A stretch of 64,000 nucleotides of DNA, taken from assembly GCA_050084515.1 (NCBI GenBank), contig CM114271.1:6076001-6140000 (forward strand), read 5' to 3'. Source of the stretch: Blasia pusilla (lineage: Eukaryota). The notes beneath the pieces are model-generated. The model did no database searches and had not been told where the DNA came from. It saw only the letters and a program-made list of their open reading frames with translations. This document shows, piece after piece, positions 26,970 through 40,560 of this stretch. Every line of letters begins with the position of its first letter. Positions within the stretch are counted from its first letter, which is position 1. Made by a program: the position numbers and the translations under genes.

Positions 26970-29900
26970 ACCTAGAGATCGAACGTGCTTGTAATGAGGG
27001 CCTTTCTGAAGACCCTTAGAAAAAATATCTGCAGTCATATCTACAGTAGGAACATAAACCATCTTGAGTTTGATAAAATGATATTGAATGTTGAAGTGTT
27101 TAGTTCAATCATGATGTTTATTTGAACTGACCAAAGTGATAGCACTCTGGTCATCACAGAAAATCTCAGTAATTTTCTGTGCAAAACCTTTTTATTAAAG
27201 TAGTCTTCTTAATCAGATGGCTTCAGTACTAGCTTTGGACATAGCTATGTACTCCGATCCTGTGGTGGACAAAGCAACCGATTTCTGCTTCCGACTAGCC
27301 CAGCTAACTGCTCCTCCGGCTAGAAGAAAGAAAAATCTACTGGTTGACTTCCTAGAATCAAGATTGTCACCGTAGGCAGCATCAAAATATCCTTCTAATT
27401 GAAAGGGAGAAGACGAATGCTGGTACTGGAGAAAATAGTCCTTTGTACCCTAAGGATAGCGAAAAATTTCGCTTGACTGCTGTCCAATGAATTGGACCTG
27501 GGTTTGTCATAAACTGAGCGACGGTGCTCACAGCAAATGCGATATCGGGGCGAGTGCAGACCATCGCCCACATAAGGCTGCCTGCAGCGCTTTTATAAGG
27601 AATTGAAGACATAGCAGCAATGTCAGCATCTTCAACGGGAGAGTGGTCTTTATTGAGGTGGAGACCAAAATCGAAAGGGGTAGAAATAGGCTTGCAGTCC
27701 TGCATCTGAAATTGCTTCAACTTATTCTTGAGGTATGTCGTTTGATTTAATCTGATCCAATCTTGTTCACGATCACGTTGAATATGCATTCCTAGAACGT
27801 GATACGCCTCACCCAGGTCGGTCGTCTCGAATTGTTGGCGAAGCATAGTTTTGACAAAAGTAAGAAGTTCAGGGCTAGAGCTAGCTAGGATGGTGTCATC
27901 CACATAGAGTGCAAGGATAAGAAATTGAGAATCCTTGCGCAGAATGTAGATGTGAGAATCTGCCGTTGTGCTGACAAAGCCAAGGTTAAGTAGGGCAAAA
28001 TGAAATCGCTCGTACCACAGTGGAGCAGATTGCTTCAGCCCATAAATGGACCGTCCAAGAAGACAAACCATGTGGCGATAAGGAACTGAAAGCCCTTGGG
28101 GAAGGTCCATGAAAATATGTTGCTTCAAGAGGCCATACAGAAAAGCAGCAATGACGTCCAACTGATGGAGGTCAAGATTAAAATAAGCCGCAATAGCAAT
28201 CAAAAGACAAAGAGATTGTAACTTCACTGTAGGAGAAAATGTCTCTCCATAGTCGATATCTTGAATTTGAGTGAAGCCCTTGGCAACAAGCCGGGCTTTA
28301 TATTTGTGGATTCTGCCGTCATATGTGGGCTTAATCTTAAAAACCCACCGACAACTCAGTGTACTCCGATAAGGAGGAAGCGGCACAAGAGTCCAAGCCT
28401 CCATTTGGGCCATGTTGGCTAATTCCGTAGAAATTGCAGACTTCCAATGAATTGCACTCGGCCTGGTTATAGCTTCTTCATACGATTGAGGTTCATAAAA
28501 AGAAGCAGTCGAAGAAACCAGAGCCCAACGCTTCTAAGAAGCTCGTTGTTTATCTTTCTCAGCTTCAACAAGGGCATCGAAACGCTCAATCTGCTTGGTA
28601 ATCCGTGGAGTCCTCCGTGTAGCAAGCGGAGGGGAGCTAGGCCGAGGTCGACGTTCATAATAAAGATGTGTACGCACATCACCAGAAGTCGATTTAGAAG
28701 TAGGGGAAGAAGAGCCTCCCACGGGAGAAGAAATAGATGGAGAGGCGCGAACTCCCACTGAAGATGGAACGGGAAATGGAGGAGGAAGTGGCAACAAGCC
28801 TGAACAATTCGGAGAAGCCCTGAAGAAAAGTGGATCCAAATGAATAGCTAAATCATCATCTGCATCATAAGAAGCATAATGGATAGGATGTGGAATAGCC
28901 GTACCGACCTTGTCTTCCAGTACAACAACATCAAGAGAAATGATGATCTTTTTGTCACGAGTCCGCTCTAGACGTAAGGCCTTGCTTTGGTCACTATAGC
29001 CTTGAAAATACATTCCTTGGTTTGAAAATCTAACTTGGAATGAGGATCATTGATCTTAGCAAAAGCGGGACTGCCAAAAATTCTAAGGTCAGAGAGCATA
29101 GGTTTACGATTAGACCAGAGTTCATATGGGGTTTTAGAAATAGGCAGGGATTTGTTGGGAAGGCGATTCTGAAAAAATTGGTAGTGACTAGAGCTTCACC
29201 CCAATAGGATTTCCCTAGAGCGGAGTGAGCTTGCATAGATCAAACAGAATTGACAAGAGTGCAATTATTTCGTTCAGAAATGCCATTCTGCTGAGGTGTA
29301 TGAGGAACAATAAAGTGTCTAGAAATGCCTCTAGAAAGACAAAAATCATTAAAAGAAGAGGATCGATACTCGCCACCATTGTCAAAACGAAGCATCTTGA
29401 CACCACGTGGTTGATGCAGATTCTCAACTAATGCCACAAACTGCTCAAATCGGGAAAGTACCTCAGATTTGTGCAGCATCATATAAAGTGTCGTGTAGCG
29501 AGAGAAATCATCAATAAACAATAGGAAATAGCGGAAGCTAGAATGAGTAGGAGAAGAAATTGGTCCACTGGTATCTTTGTGAATTAAATCAAGAATTCCA
29601 GAAGCTCTATGTGCGGGTATGTTAGAGGGAAAAGATTTGCGGGTTTGCTTGCCATACAGAAAAGCAGTGCAAGAGGAAGTGTGAGAAGGATTGTGATCAA
29701 GAATGCCATCCACCATCTGTTGGGATTGAAGTTGAGAAAATACGAGCTAAACTAATGTGTCCCAAACGGCAATGCCAAAGATCAGCTAAGTGAGGAAGGA
29801 CTCCATTAGCGGCTACAAAAGATGAACATAGGGAAGGTAAAACAACTTCTCCCAACTTATCAAATCATTGAGAAGATAGCAGGTAGTGATCAATTCTCCT

Positions 29901-31218
29901 TTGGAATTCTATAGGACACATGTGCCATTGCTGATCAAAGCAAAACCTCCGGTTGTGTCAAGATGTTTGACGGAAAATAATTTCTTCTTGAGGCCTGGTA
30001 TATGGAGCACATTTCAAAGAGAATGTCGAGTTCCTTCATACAGAAGAATCTCAACCGTGCCGGTCCCATCAATTGCTTGAGTCGAATTGTCTCCAAGGTA
30101 AACATAGAAGGGCCGCTTGTATGGAGTATAATTAGAAAAATAATCACTGGAAAATGCCATGTGATGTGTAGCTCCAATATCAAGATACCAAGTGTTATCT
30201 TGGATTTCCAATCCCGTAGTGGAATATGCTACCATAACAAACAGATGGGAAGTCATATGGGCTTGGGGAACCTAAGATTTGGATTGCAACTGCTGGTCAG
30301 CCAAGCGCTTGCGGAAATCTTTGATATGATGTCCCAACAGATTGCAATAAAAACACTTCATCCTTTTATAGTTATTGTGTTGACTAGAGGATGGTGAGTG
30401 CCAATCAGCAGCAGTACCGGACGATTCTCCTTCCGATGAATTCGCTGGAAATGCATGAACAAATCCTGATCTGAAAGAACCAATGCCTTTCTAAGGCACC
30501 TTGCCTCTACCGTATCCTCTTGATGGATAGCCACCTTGCTTGTGGCCACCAAACTTCGGCTTATAATTGGAAAGACCTACGCCTCGTCCAACAAAAAGTG
30601 CATAAGACAACTCTGATGTTTGCGTCTTCATCATCTTCTCCTCCTGGAGAAGATAAGTTATCATCGTCTGAAGAGTCAGATTAGTCTGACCTCTTAAAGT
30701 GGATAGCAAATTGCGATAACTATTGGGCATTGATTGCATCAATGCCAAAAATGATTCTTATCAGTAACTACTGAGCCCGCGGCAGAAAGTTGATCAATCA
30801 AGGTGCGAAATTGGTGAACGAGCTTAGTCACAATGTCTCCCTTTTTCATCTTGAGCGTTTGAAGCTCATCCTGCAAGTACATCTTTGTCACGGCATCGCG
30901 CGCTTGGTATAAGGTGTCCAATTTGGACCAAGCTTCAGCGGCCGTCTTCGAAACACTAATATGATGGACTTACGAACTGTCTAGTCGGTTCGCAATGAAA
31001 GATAAGGCTATCTTATTGAGTGTATCCCATTCTTGAATTCTCCCTATTCCTGTTGCAGGAGTAGTCGCCGCTGCCGGCTTGGGGATTGTGCCGTCAATAA
31101 TGCCTGTTAAATCTTCGGCGTCTAGAAATAGCATCATGCAAAAATTCCAAATGTAAAAGGAGGTCCCATCGAACTTAGGAATGTCATCGATCTTCATAAG
31201 CATGCTAGTTTTAACCAT
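26970..31218 (-). pseudogene. Copia gag-pol, frameshifted and with stops
   Basis: gag (IPKFDGTSFYIW), protease (WYLDIGATHHM), integrase (YFLLFIDDFSRY, RFDNGGEY, PQQNGISER), RT (YKARLVAKGFTQ, LYVDD), RNase H remnant. Confidence 0.93.
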
Positions 31219-31499
31219 CGTGTACGATTGATTAGAAAGATGAGAGAATGATAGTAAAACAATGAGAGATCAGGTAGGATCGAAGAAAGACTCTCAAGAA
31301 ACTGATCAATTTCTACAAAAAGAAAGTGAATTGGGAAATCAGAACAACAAATTCGCAAGAATTTGAGGTTTCGATCGGCCACTTGAAATCGATTGAGAGG
31401 ATTTTAGTTGAAAGTGTCCCTACTATTCTAGAATATTGAGGTGTATCTCAATATCTATCCTCAATGGAAACATGAAAAATTGTAGTGACTAAGAACCTC

Positions 31500-31511
31500 G
31501 CTGTGATACCA
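31500..31511 (-). promoter_or_regulatory. Primer-binding site (initiator tRNA-Met type)
   Basis: TGGTATCACAGC adjacent to the 5' LTR; one mismatch to canonical TGGTATCAGAGC. Confidence 0.85.
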
Positions 31512-31825
31512 TGTAAAAACTCAGTGAGCGATCAAGAGAAAGAATGCTTGAATACTCAGACTAGATTGATTGATCGTAAAAGGAATGAATGTCGTTACAA
31601 ACTTTCTGCTACTAATAGAGAAAGAAGGCTAAACAATACATGCGTCGTTCCAATTCTACAAATATGAAAAGACATCAGAAGAAAACTAGTGGACAGAAAT
31701 TGTCGCTAAAATCAAGGGTAATCTAGTCCGTTCATCCTGGTTGATCCGTGTGAGAAACACAAGGATCAACTAACTAGCACACACTAATGGACTGATTTGT
31801 TGCATTGATCTACTAGAATCTAACA
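31512..31825 (-). repeat. Copia 5' LTR (314 bp)
   Basis: TGTAAAAAC...TCTAACA, paired with 26614-26923. Confidence 0.95.
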
Positions 31826-34213
31826 TAGAGGGTGTGGTACAAGTAACAATTTTCTACTGCATGAGTAACATAAACCAGACCTAGACTCATCATTTATCAA
31901 CGTCTATTGACTTCATGGCTAGCCGAGGATGGTTGTGAAAGGGTGTGGTTCCAGTACCTACAAAATACCAGGGATTTGCAGTAAGATCTACATTTGGTTC
32001 GACCATTCCAATGGGGGAATTTTTGTAGTCTAAGGTTCAGTACGTTTCCATCAAAGCAAGGGATTTATCTTTACCATTTAAATCCATGGGGTGACTGCGA
32101 GAAAGTTTCTTCCATATCCATTATCGTATGCAGTGAATTAAACTTCCAATTGAAGGGGTCGCAAAACCCAGGAGCTTTTGAATTTGGTGATTTATCTTCA
32201 ATACATGTGACAGATTCTTAGATTCACTATGTTCAAGACTATTGAAGGCAAAATTTGTCCATATTTCCCATATCTATTGGGAGTGGATGAGGAAGGGAGG
32301 AAGAGAATTTTTGCAATTCCAGTATAAGATTTAAAGAACCGTTTATTTCTATGGTCTCCATATTATTTTGTACACGAGATATTAGTAATCGAAGCGTCAA
32401 GGGGTCCAATACGAGATGGCATGGGAAACGTGTGGCTCCTTGCCAATGTTGTCTGCCTGCTTCCATATAGTTTCATAGTGGTTTGGTGCCTCGGGAGAAC
32501 TCTGGGAATGAAGATCAATGGTGGTAATCTTGACATCCCAAGGGAATAACTTTAAAAGAAGAAATCTTCCCTCGCAATTATCACTGTGTATTTTTTCAAG
32601 CACCCAATGAAGGCCACAATTCAACCGTACGAAAAGTCACGGAAAAATGTGGCAAATGTTGAGAAATGTTGAGGTAGGATTCCAAGGAACCAACACACAT
32701 CAACTTCAATAAGTTGGGGTCATAATTATTGGATTATGTATGATATGAGCCCAAAACATTGATGAATTCTAATTTCTTTGTCAACACGTTCTCCAAACAT
32801 TTTGAGTGCTATGCGGGATTGCTCCAAAAGAATGGCATAGGGAAGGTACACATGAAGAACATGGACATATTATTTTACAAAAGTAAATGATTTCACATGT
32901 GCAATAACTAATGAAAAGAACATGGTAGACTAGAATATTTATACTCTTATCAGAGAGCGCCTTCCTTGTTCGACATGTGACAACCGGGCAACAAGAAAAT
33001 GTTTTCTATTTTACCGGGCAAAATAAAAATTCCCATCTACCATCTACGAGCAATAAAGAAAAAAATTTATTATTAGGCCCTTCACTCCAACTAGTAACAA
33101 AAAATGACAAAGATGCAAGTAACTCGTGTTACCAAGTAAGGAGGAGGATATGGAAAAGTTGGGCTACAACTTACATAATATAATACATTCCCCTTCACAA
33201 ACTGCAAGGACGGATAACATAAAGTGTGCCTTTGGTAATTAAAATCCAACTAGGTGCCGAAGTTGAAGACCATTAGAATATATTTTTTTCCTCTTTATTG
33301 CCGCTAAACTTAACGGAGAAGGCCTTCCATTGGCCAACTCATATTGGGATATTTAGACCTCTTTCCAAGTCCACGCATATTGCGGTCTAGACTAACACAC
33401 ATGGAGCAGCAATCCCTTGCCTCTCCTCTCTTAGCATGAACTTTTAAGGCCTAGACCCTACCTAAACAAGCCTCAACCAATTACTCCATGACAGATTTGA
33501 ACGTTACCAATCATTCGCTGCCAGCTCTAGAGGTGCGTGACTGGCAGCCTACTTCAAAGGGTCTACTTAACAGGGTGCCATGCATGCCATGCATAAGTAA
33601 GACATTTAGTCTTTCCGTCCAAGAAGAGCGTACATGTATATGACATCCTCCTTAGGGTAATAGGGTCCCTGCGCGAGAACGAGAACCAGTTCCACACGAG
33701 TTCACCAGCGCGCGTGCTGACGTTTCAGTTCTGTACTTGGGCATCTCAAAATCCTATTACGTGTGCACTTCCATGACATGAAGTTAACGAAAAAGACGTT
33801 ATGAGGAACGAGGTACTTTAGAAGTTTCCCGTTCGGCAAGATAATAGTATCTTAAATAGGGTGTCGTCAAGTAGGTTTTTTTAATAGATTTTAAATTTTA
33901 AAAAAAGAAATCAGTAAAAGTCACTTTCTTTGGGATAGAGGGTAAGAGGGCGTCTAGTTGACATCCTTAGTACTACCAAACTTGCTTGTTCTACTTTCTC
34001 TTTATATGTGGGGGGAAAGGAGAAGAGGGGCATATTGTGGCAATGAATTGGCATTTCAATGGTCAACGTCTTACAAGGTGACAAGAGACATTTATTGCAA
34101 AAGAAATGGTAAATCTATCATGAAAGAGATGAAATTGTAAAAATGAACATAGCCACATCTAACCGACCAAGGGAAGATATACTTGAGATAGAGCATATCA
34201 ATTGCCAAAATAA

Positions 34214-34483
34214 TCCATACTATTAAGAAACAAGTATCTTCTAGCTAGAGGAAAGGTCTCTCCTTCCCATTAGGTTGAAATCTTTTTTTGTTAAAGAGGC
34301 CTCATGTATCTTTCTTTTCACTATATTTTCACATGTGAAAAGTACATGATGAAAATATCTTACTTGTGCATTGCAGTTGCACGGGGATGGACGTAATAGC
34401 ATCTATTCCTCCTCAACAACATATAAGGGTTTCCTAATAAAAACATACACCAAGTTCCCCTACACACAAAGATCCCATACTAG
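34214..34483 (+). mobile_element. Possible small Helitron relic (a similar one may lie at 34716-34869)
   Basis: A|TCCATACTATTAAG...CTAG|T termini; no clear subterminal hairpin. Confidence 0.35.
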
Positions 34484-35499
34484 TCAAAGTAACTTGCAAA
34501 ATGATGAAAAAAATTCTCAACTCAAAGTAGAGGAGAGAGGAAATTTGCTCCTCGTATGGAAGAAATTAGTAAAATCATTTTTAAAAACTGACTTGTTGTC
34601 GGTTGATCCTTCAAGATGATGAGAAGAAAATGATGCTCCGCACCATCGCTTTTAAAAATGGTTCATCTTCCATAATCTAGTAATCTTATTCGGATAACCA
34701 TATGTGCATGTATTATCTATATCTATATTATTCTTAACAACAAGTCTCTCATCAACAATTACCTCCCAATTTGACACTTGTCATCTAGAGTGGCTTCTAA
34801 TTATAACACATATCCCATCTAATTAACTTTAAAAAAAAACAGGTGTATGAACCCCTGGACATCCACTAGAATCCCTAAGAAAAAGTATTGAAAGCGGTTG
34901 TCCTTATTAAACTATAACATCTTTGGTCGTCATCTTAAGAAGACTTAACAAGATAAAATCTCTTTCTAACACAATTCTTTTTCATGATTAGCTTTCAAAA
35001 AATAACCTGGAAACACATTATAGAATAATTGGTCTTACTTTGAGAAATTACTATAAGCATCAAGTGCCATTTTCTTTCATTGAAATTTCGTTTTATATTA
35101 TCAACATCATGTTCATTTTCCATTTATTATTTATAAAAAAAAACAGCGTTAACGAAATACTATTCCCTTCTCCTCACTTGCTAACAAAGAACCCCATTGG
35201 TTGTTATGAAACCTCTCATAGGACCCAATTCCTAACCACTAATCTAAAGACAGTAATTCACCTTTAATGGTTGCAAAGAAATTCGTAACCCCTAATGGAA
35301 ACGACATAGTGAAAGGAGTAGGGATCTTCAATAAAAAGGCTTCATCGAAAACCGATTGGAGATATAAAGGAGGGTGGCATAGAGAGCCAAAAACCCGCTG
35401 GCCAAAACCAGCCCTGGTAAGAAAGAAGGCCGCTTATAGTTCACCATACATGATTTTCAAAGAGCCTTAGTTCACCTTTACATGATTTTCAAATTTCAA

Positions 35500-37440
35500 A
35501 GAGAAACGATTAAAAGCATACACGTGAGAGCAAAAATAGGATCATGGGAAGAATCCATTATCCTAAATGCCTTAACGTCCCATCCGAGCAAACAGAGTTA
35601 CAGTGACAGCTGCTGGAAAGTACCTTGACTTTGATGGTTGTTGCAGACAGTATCTCTACGAATACGTACAGGTAAATGATCCAGAGCTGTATATGACATG
35701 ACATGGTTTCGGGTGGGGACTCGGGAGATGGAAAGGCAGCAATCGAAAGAAGGAAGGCAGTCTTTTTGTCCTCACGGGGCGTATTCGAATTTGGCAACAT
35801 TAATATGTTATCTTTCGGGCAAACGGCCCACGCGTCCCGTACTCCGCAGCCTTGTTCACCAATATGTGGAGACTGTGAATTGATGACCCAAACGAATTTG
35901 CCTCCCACAAATTTGCCCTCGCGCAAAATCCGACTCCTGCAAATTGCCCCTCTGTATTTGGAACGGTGTGAAGTCGGTGGCGCGAGTAGTGCGTTAGGCG
36001 GGAGAACCTGTCTACCGAGAGAGGAGCAAAGGCAGGGCGATGGCGCTCAATGCATGCCTCTCGTACTGGGGGGTTGCTGCATGGAACAGCCATAGAACAA
36101 GAGCAGCAACCAAGAGAGAGACGGACAGCCTTCCTAAGCAGCGGACCCACTCCTTCCACTCATCTCTCCTGTTTGTCGGAGCGACGGCCGTGCGCAATCA
36201 AAATGTTCATATAATCCTGGCAATTCTTTACCAACCAGGAAAAAGAGAAGAGTAAGCTGCACAAACGTGCTTATGGAAAAGCACGTATAACGGGTTTGGA
36301 AAAGGATGAAAGCCGATGACCACGTTTTGCGTTCCTTGTGTTACGTATACCTACTATGCCGCTCTAAGGGATCCACCTTTTGAATAACTTGGCAGTGCCT
36401 CTCCTTTCGCAGGCGTACTTGGCCAACGAAGACTGCTTGTAGGCACTTGGCATTGGGAAGAAGAACGACGGACAAAGTCCAGTCCAGGAGCGAGGCGTGT
36501 ATAACAGACAGCTTTTCCTCTGCCAAGTGCGGTCCAGTTTCATCAGCCAGCATCATCGATTTGACATAATTGAAGCTTTCTCGGGAATGCGAAACCTGCA
36601 AGTGCAGGAGCCAGCCCCCAAGCAGTTAGATCATGTTACTGATTTACTAATCCTACTTACACGCGTGGAAGAATTTAGTTATCCCCTCTTTAGAAATCGA
36701 GTATAACCTTAAGCAAGGTACTCAGGAAAGGTCAGGAACCGAGCGGAGTTCCTTTGAATCCCGGATGCCGGAGGCCATTCTCTAATTTCTCTGTGTATCT
36801 TCGGCTCCAGGTCACGCTGCTGTGCTCTACCTTCCATGGTTCCCCCGCCTCATTGCCACTGCCCCCCCTGCGGCGTCCGTGCTCACTCCGGCTGAGTGAA
36901 TGCGATTGCAGAGCACAGAATTCCCTCCTCCTATTCCTGGCCCTGTCCTGAGCGGCTTCGCAGTCAAATGGTCATTTTTAAGGCTGCTACAGGCAGAGTG
37001 CCGGATGAGCTGCCTACAACGTCGCATGATTAAGATTATTGGACAAATACAGAGGCAGACTGCATGATTCTGTGCGATTTCAGCCCGATTAAGAAGAGCT
37101 ACCATTTTTCCCGGCAGACGACCACACAGTACACAGACTCCCAGGCTGGCAAACATGCGTCCTGTCACGAATCGACCTCCGATTACAGACACGCTTCCAT
37201 TTCCATGTCCGCGACAGGAGAACGGACACGAAACAGGATGACGCAGCGACATGGACTTCGCATTAATTCATGCCACCCCAGGAACCACCACCACTCGCGG
37301 ATTCGACGCACTGCTCTCACTCTTCCGGATTCCTCGTGGAAGCAGAGCGGATCGTGAACTGCAGGAACTGAAGTACTTCTGTCTTCTCTCAAACTCCCGT
37401 CCATTAGTCTCTGTCTCTCCTCTGCTGACTTCGTAACCCT
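35500..37440 (-). other. Putative orphan spliced transcription unit (small membrane protein or lncRNA)
   Basis: GC-richer non-repetitive island with a GA-rich leader near 37430. Plausible exon 36595-36351 and terminal exon from 36168 ending at TAG 36012-36014, encoding the hydrophobic stretch LSVSLLVAALVLWLF. Confidence 0.35.
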
Positions 37441-38899
37441 AAGCGCAGTAGGTTTACGCGGGCCTCTCTACTGTAGTTAGTTAGCGCATCTCCGTCCTGA
37501 AACCCTCAGCGGAAAATGTAACTGCGGTTTAGGGGAGGGCCACATGAATGTTCCTCTAAAGTGGCCTGGTGGTATTCCCGAACGAATCACCGTATGACAC
37601 ATGTGCAGAATTCACACGTCTGACATCTGGGGAGTTGTCGGTGTATTTACGCATTTGGGAATTATTGTATTCAGATTTCCATACTTTCTTTCGCTTTGGA
37701 AAAGCATTTAAGTTTCTTTTGGAAGGAATGGGGTGTTCCTAGATTAATTCAACAAAATAAATTAAAAGCATGGGGGCCCCTGACTTTGAAGGCACTCCCT
37801 CCACCCCACCATGCATAAGGGCATGGCACTCTCCTAGTGTGATGCAACCGGTAACAACGAGTCTGTATTCAGCACGGGTGAAAGAAGAGTCTTTTTGAGA
37901 TATCCTATCTTCGTTTTGCATGCTTCCCCATCTTAATTAGATGGAACTAACCTTTTAGAGAGGACGCATGTCATAAATGGAGGCCACTAAAAAGACAGGT
38001 GTCGAGCACAGAGATGTTTGTTGTCGAGACCCCTATCGCCAATAATAATATAGATGCACTCTGTGGTACTTGCACTAGGGCAAACATTGTTCAAAATGTG
38101 TAGCTTAATGTCCCAACCTTCTTTCTAACACATCCCCAAAGTCTTGAGAGCTACTAATCTTTTCTATGCAAAGGTTTAAGAGTACATTACATCCGTTGAT
38201 TTTGCGGAGCCATGCCATCAAGTTTTTGGGTCAACAACATACATGGTCTTGTGGAGTGTATGGCAAACACACTCCCGAGGCTTGCCACCATCAAGGCATT
38301 TGCCCCATCCCAATTGCTCTGGTGGGGTAGAGTTTCCCTTAGAGCGTCTCCATTGGGCCATAATCTAGAGGTGTAAGTTATTACCTTTTCCTCATTGCTT
38401 CCTTACAGGAAGACTCCTTTAAAAGGGACTCGCGACATCCCTACCAAGTCTACAATAACCACAAGTGGGGACTGAATGGTCATTCCCCCAATCACATTTT
38501 CTCAATAGCAAGTATCCAACCCATCTTGCCTTGATCTTCTAATGGTAGGCAACTCTCTCTTTTTCCCAATAATGGCATGTGTTGCTAGCTTCCATTTAAG
38601 ATTTGGATTGTGGCAACTTATGTATGATTTACACTTGCGCTCGTAGTGGATCAAGAAAATTCTTGGATTTTTGTGTGCCAACTATCATATATTTGCTCTC
38701 CATTCATGCTCAAAGCCTCGATTGCCAAATCTTGCCCATCTTCAAATATTTCAAGCTTCTGGATTAATGATATAGATCAACAACACAAAATGGACAATAT
38801 ATACAATGGACAAAATTTTATTTTGATAGTGTTCAATCAGTTTTTTTCTCCAATAGATGTATGTTTGGCCCTTAAATATTCATTTCCTCCAATACTCAT

Positions 38900-40560
38900 T
38901 CAAAATTTTGTCTTGCATATAAATTTGGCAGGCAATCAAGCAAGGTTGCAGATGGACAAAATCCGTGTCCATAGATAGTTCTATGTCCGCATACTTATGT
39001 TTGTCCCTATAACAAACATGTCCGTGCGGGCCCGAGTACCCGCGGCCCGCACTCGAGCTGCCAAGCCTATATCGGGCATCCAATTTGGCCGAGACTATAC
39101 TAGTTTGTGGCTTGTATCCGCGGGCTCGCAAGCCCGCCATGTGCGTGCCTAAGCTCGCCTTGCGGGCCACAAAATTGGTACGCGCTCTGCCAGCCCGGGT
39201 GCCCGCTAGAGGCTCGGTAGGCTCCGAGTGTGAGCTTGGATGTGGGCCGAGGGTACTCAAGCGGCATATCCGGACTTGTCCATTTTCGTGCAACCTTGCA
39301 ATTGAGGCAACCATTTCCAAGCAAAGGTAAACGTGCATCTAAAATAGTAGAGCTTATACATATAATTGTCTTAACAATATCTCAACCTATTTTGAGTGGC
39401 AGTAAATATTTTGCATTCTTCATTGATGAGTTGTCTAGAAGGACATGGATAAACTTCAGGAAAGAAAAATAATAATGCTTTTAGTTGTTCTAGAATTTAA
39501 AGAATTTGATTGAGAAGCAAGTTATACATTGCATTGTGAAAATAAGGACTGATGGGGGTAATGAGTATTTCTCTAGAGATTTTGATGCCTTCTTGCAACA
39601 ACATAGAATTAGAAGGCAAATTACTTGCAGTTATAATCTAGAGAAAATTGAAGTTATGCCTGATGGCTTCTTGACTATTCACCATGCACACTTGGTTACG
39701 ACTCTTCAAGTACATAAGCCCAAAACTCTCGAAGAGGACATTTGGAAGCCATAGTGGGGTGAGCTATGGATGAAGAGCTTGTAGTCTTAGCAAGGCAATA
39801 AACTGAGGAGTTAGTTGATCTTCGACAAGGTAAGAAGGCGATTGGATATAGATGCGTGTTCAAGATGAAGTGTAATTCTAATTAAAGTATTGGTAAATAC
39901 CGTCCATATTAGTAGCCAACGGGTATGAATAATAGAACGACTTGTATTATAATGAGATATTCAATCATGTAGCCAAGATGGCCACCATTAGAAATTTATG
40001 TAGAAATTGTGACTAGCAAAAGATGGAGAAAGTATCAAATGGATTTCAAAATGCATTTCTCAATGGATATTTGGAGGAAGAAATTTACAGAGTCTAGCCC
40101 ATGGATATCAGCATCAAAATTATCCTTCTCTAGTGTGCCAATCGAGGAAGGCTCTTCAGGGACTCAAACAAGAGCTAGGTATGGTAAAATTAAGAAAATT
40201 CCTAAAGACCCTTGGATTTTAATTTTTTAATTAAAATTCCTCACTCTATTCATTAAGAGTTGAATAACGTCTGATTGTAATCAATATCCATGTTGGTGTT
40301 GTTTTTTTACTAAGAGTAAACATGTGATACAAGAGATGAAAGTCTAGTTGCAACTACAGTTTGAGCTAAAAGACTTGGGAGAGCTCAAGTAGGTTCTTCG
40401 TGTAGAGTTTAAGGATGGAAATGATATATCGTGAGTTCAACACTAGTATGCTTTTTACTAGGTTTTTGGGTTGGATATGAGAGCATGCGACCTATCTCGA
40501 TGCTATTGGATCATAGCATAAAGCTTAGAGTAAATGAAGATGATGAGGTAAGTAACACCT
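38900..40560 (+). mobile_element. Old Ty1/copia integrase-RT relic
   Basis: KYFAFFIDELSR, KIRTDGGNEYFS, KKAIGYRCVFKMK and FELKDLGELK motifs; heavily decayed and interrupted by a MITE. Confidence 0.85.
38941..39298. mobile_element. hAT-type MITE, copy 1
   Basis: TIR CAAGGTTGCA...TGCAACCTTG; 8-bp flanks CAATCAAG / CAATTGAG (6/8 match); GC-rich interior. Confidence 0.8.

Larger units (their letters stand above)
26614..31825 (-). mobile_element. Full-length, decayed Ty1/copia LTR retrotransposon
   Basis: LTRs at 31512-31825 (TG...CA) and 26614-26923. 5-bp TSD TAGAG at 26609-26613 and 31826-31830. PBS TGGTATCACAGC and PPT TGAGTGGGAG. Domain order gag-PR-INT-RT-RH. Confidence 0.97.

Noticed and set aside
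31990-32850. Possible decayed coding sequence on the minus strand
   Set aside because: No motif I can recognise; ORFs are short and broken.
36110-36131. miR529-like sequence CCAAGAGAGAGACGGACAGCCT
   Set aside because: Four mismatches plus a bulge, mostly AG low complexity, and no matching precursor stem.
37435-37443. TAACCCTAA as a telomerase template
   Set aside because: Telo-box-like motifs are common near plant promoters; no USE/TATA or closing helix was seen.
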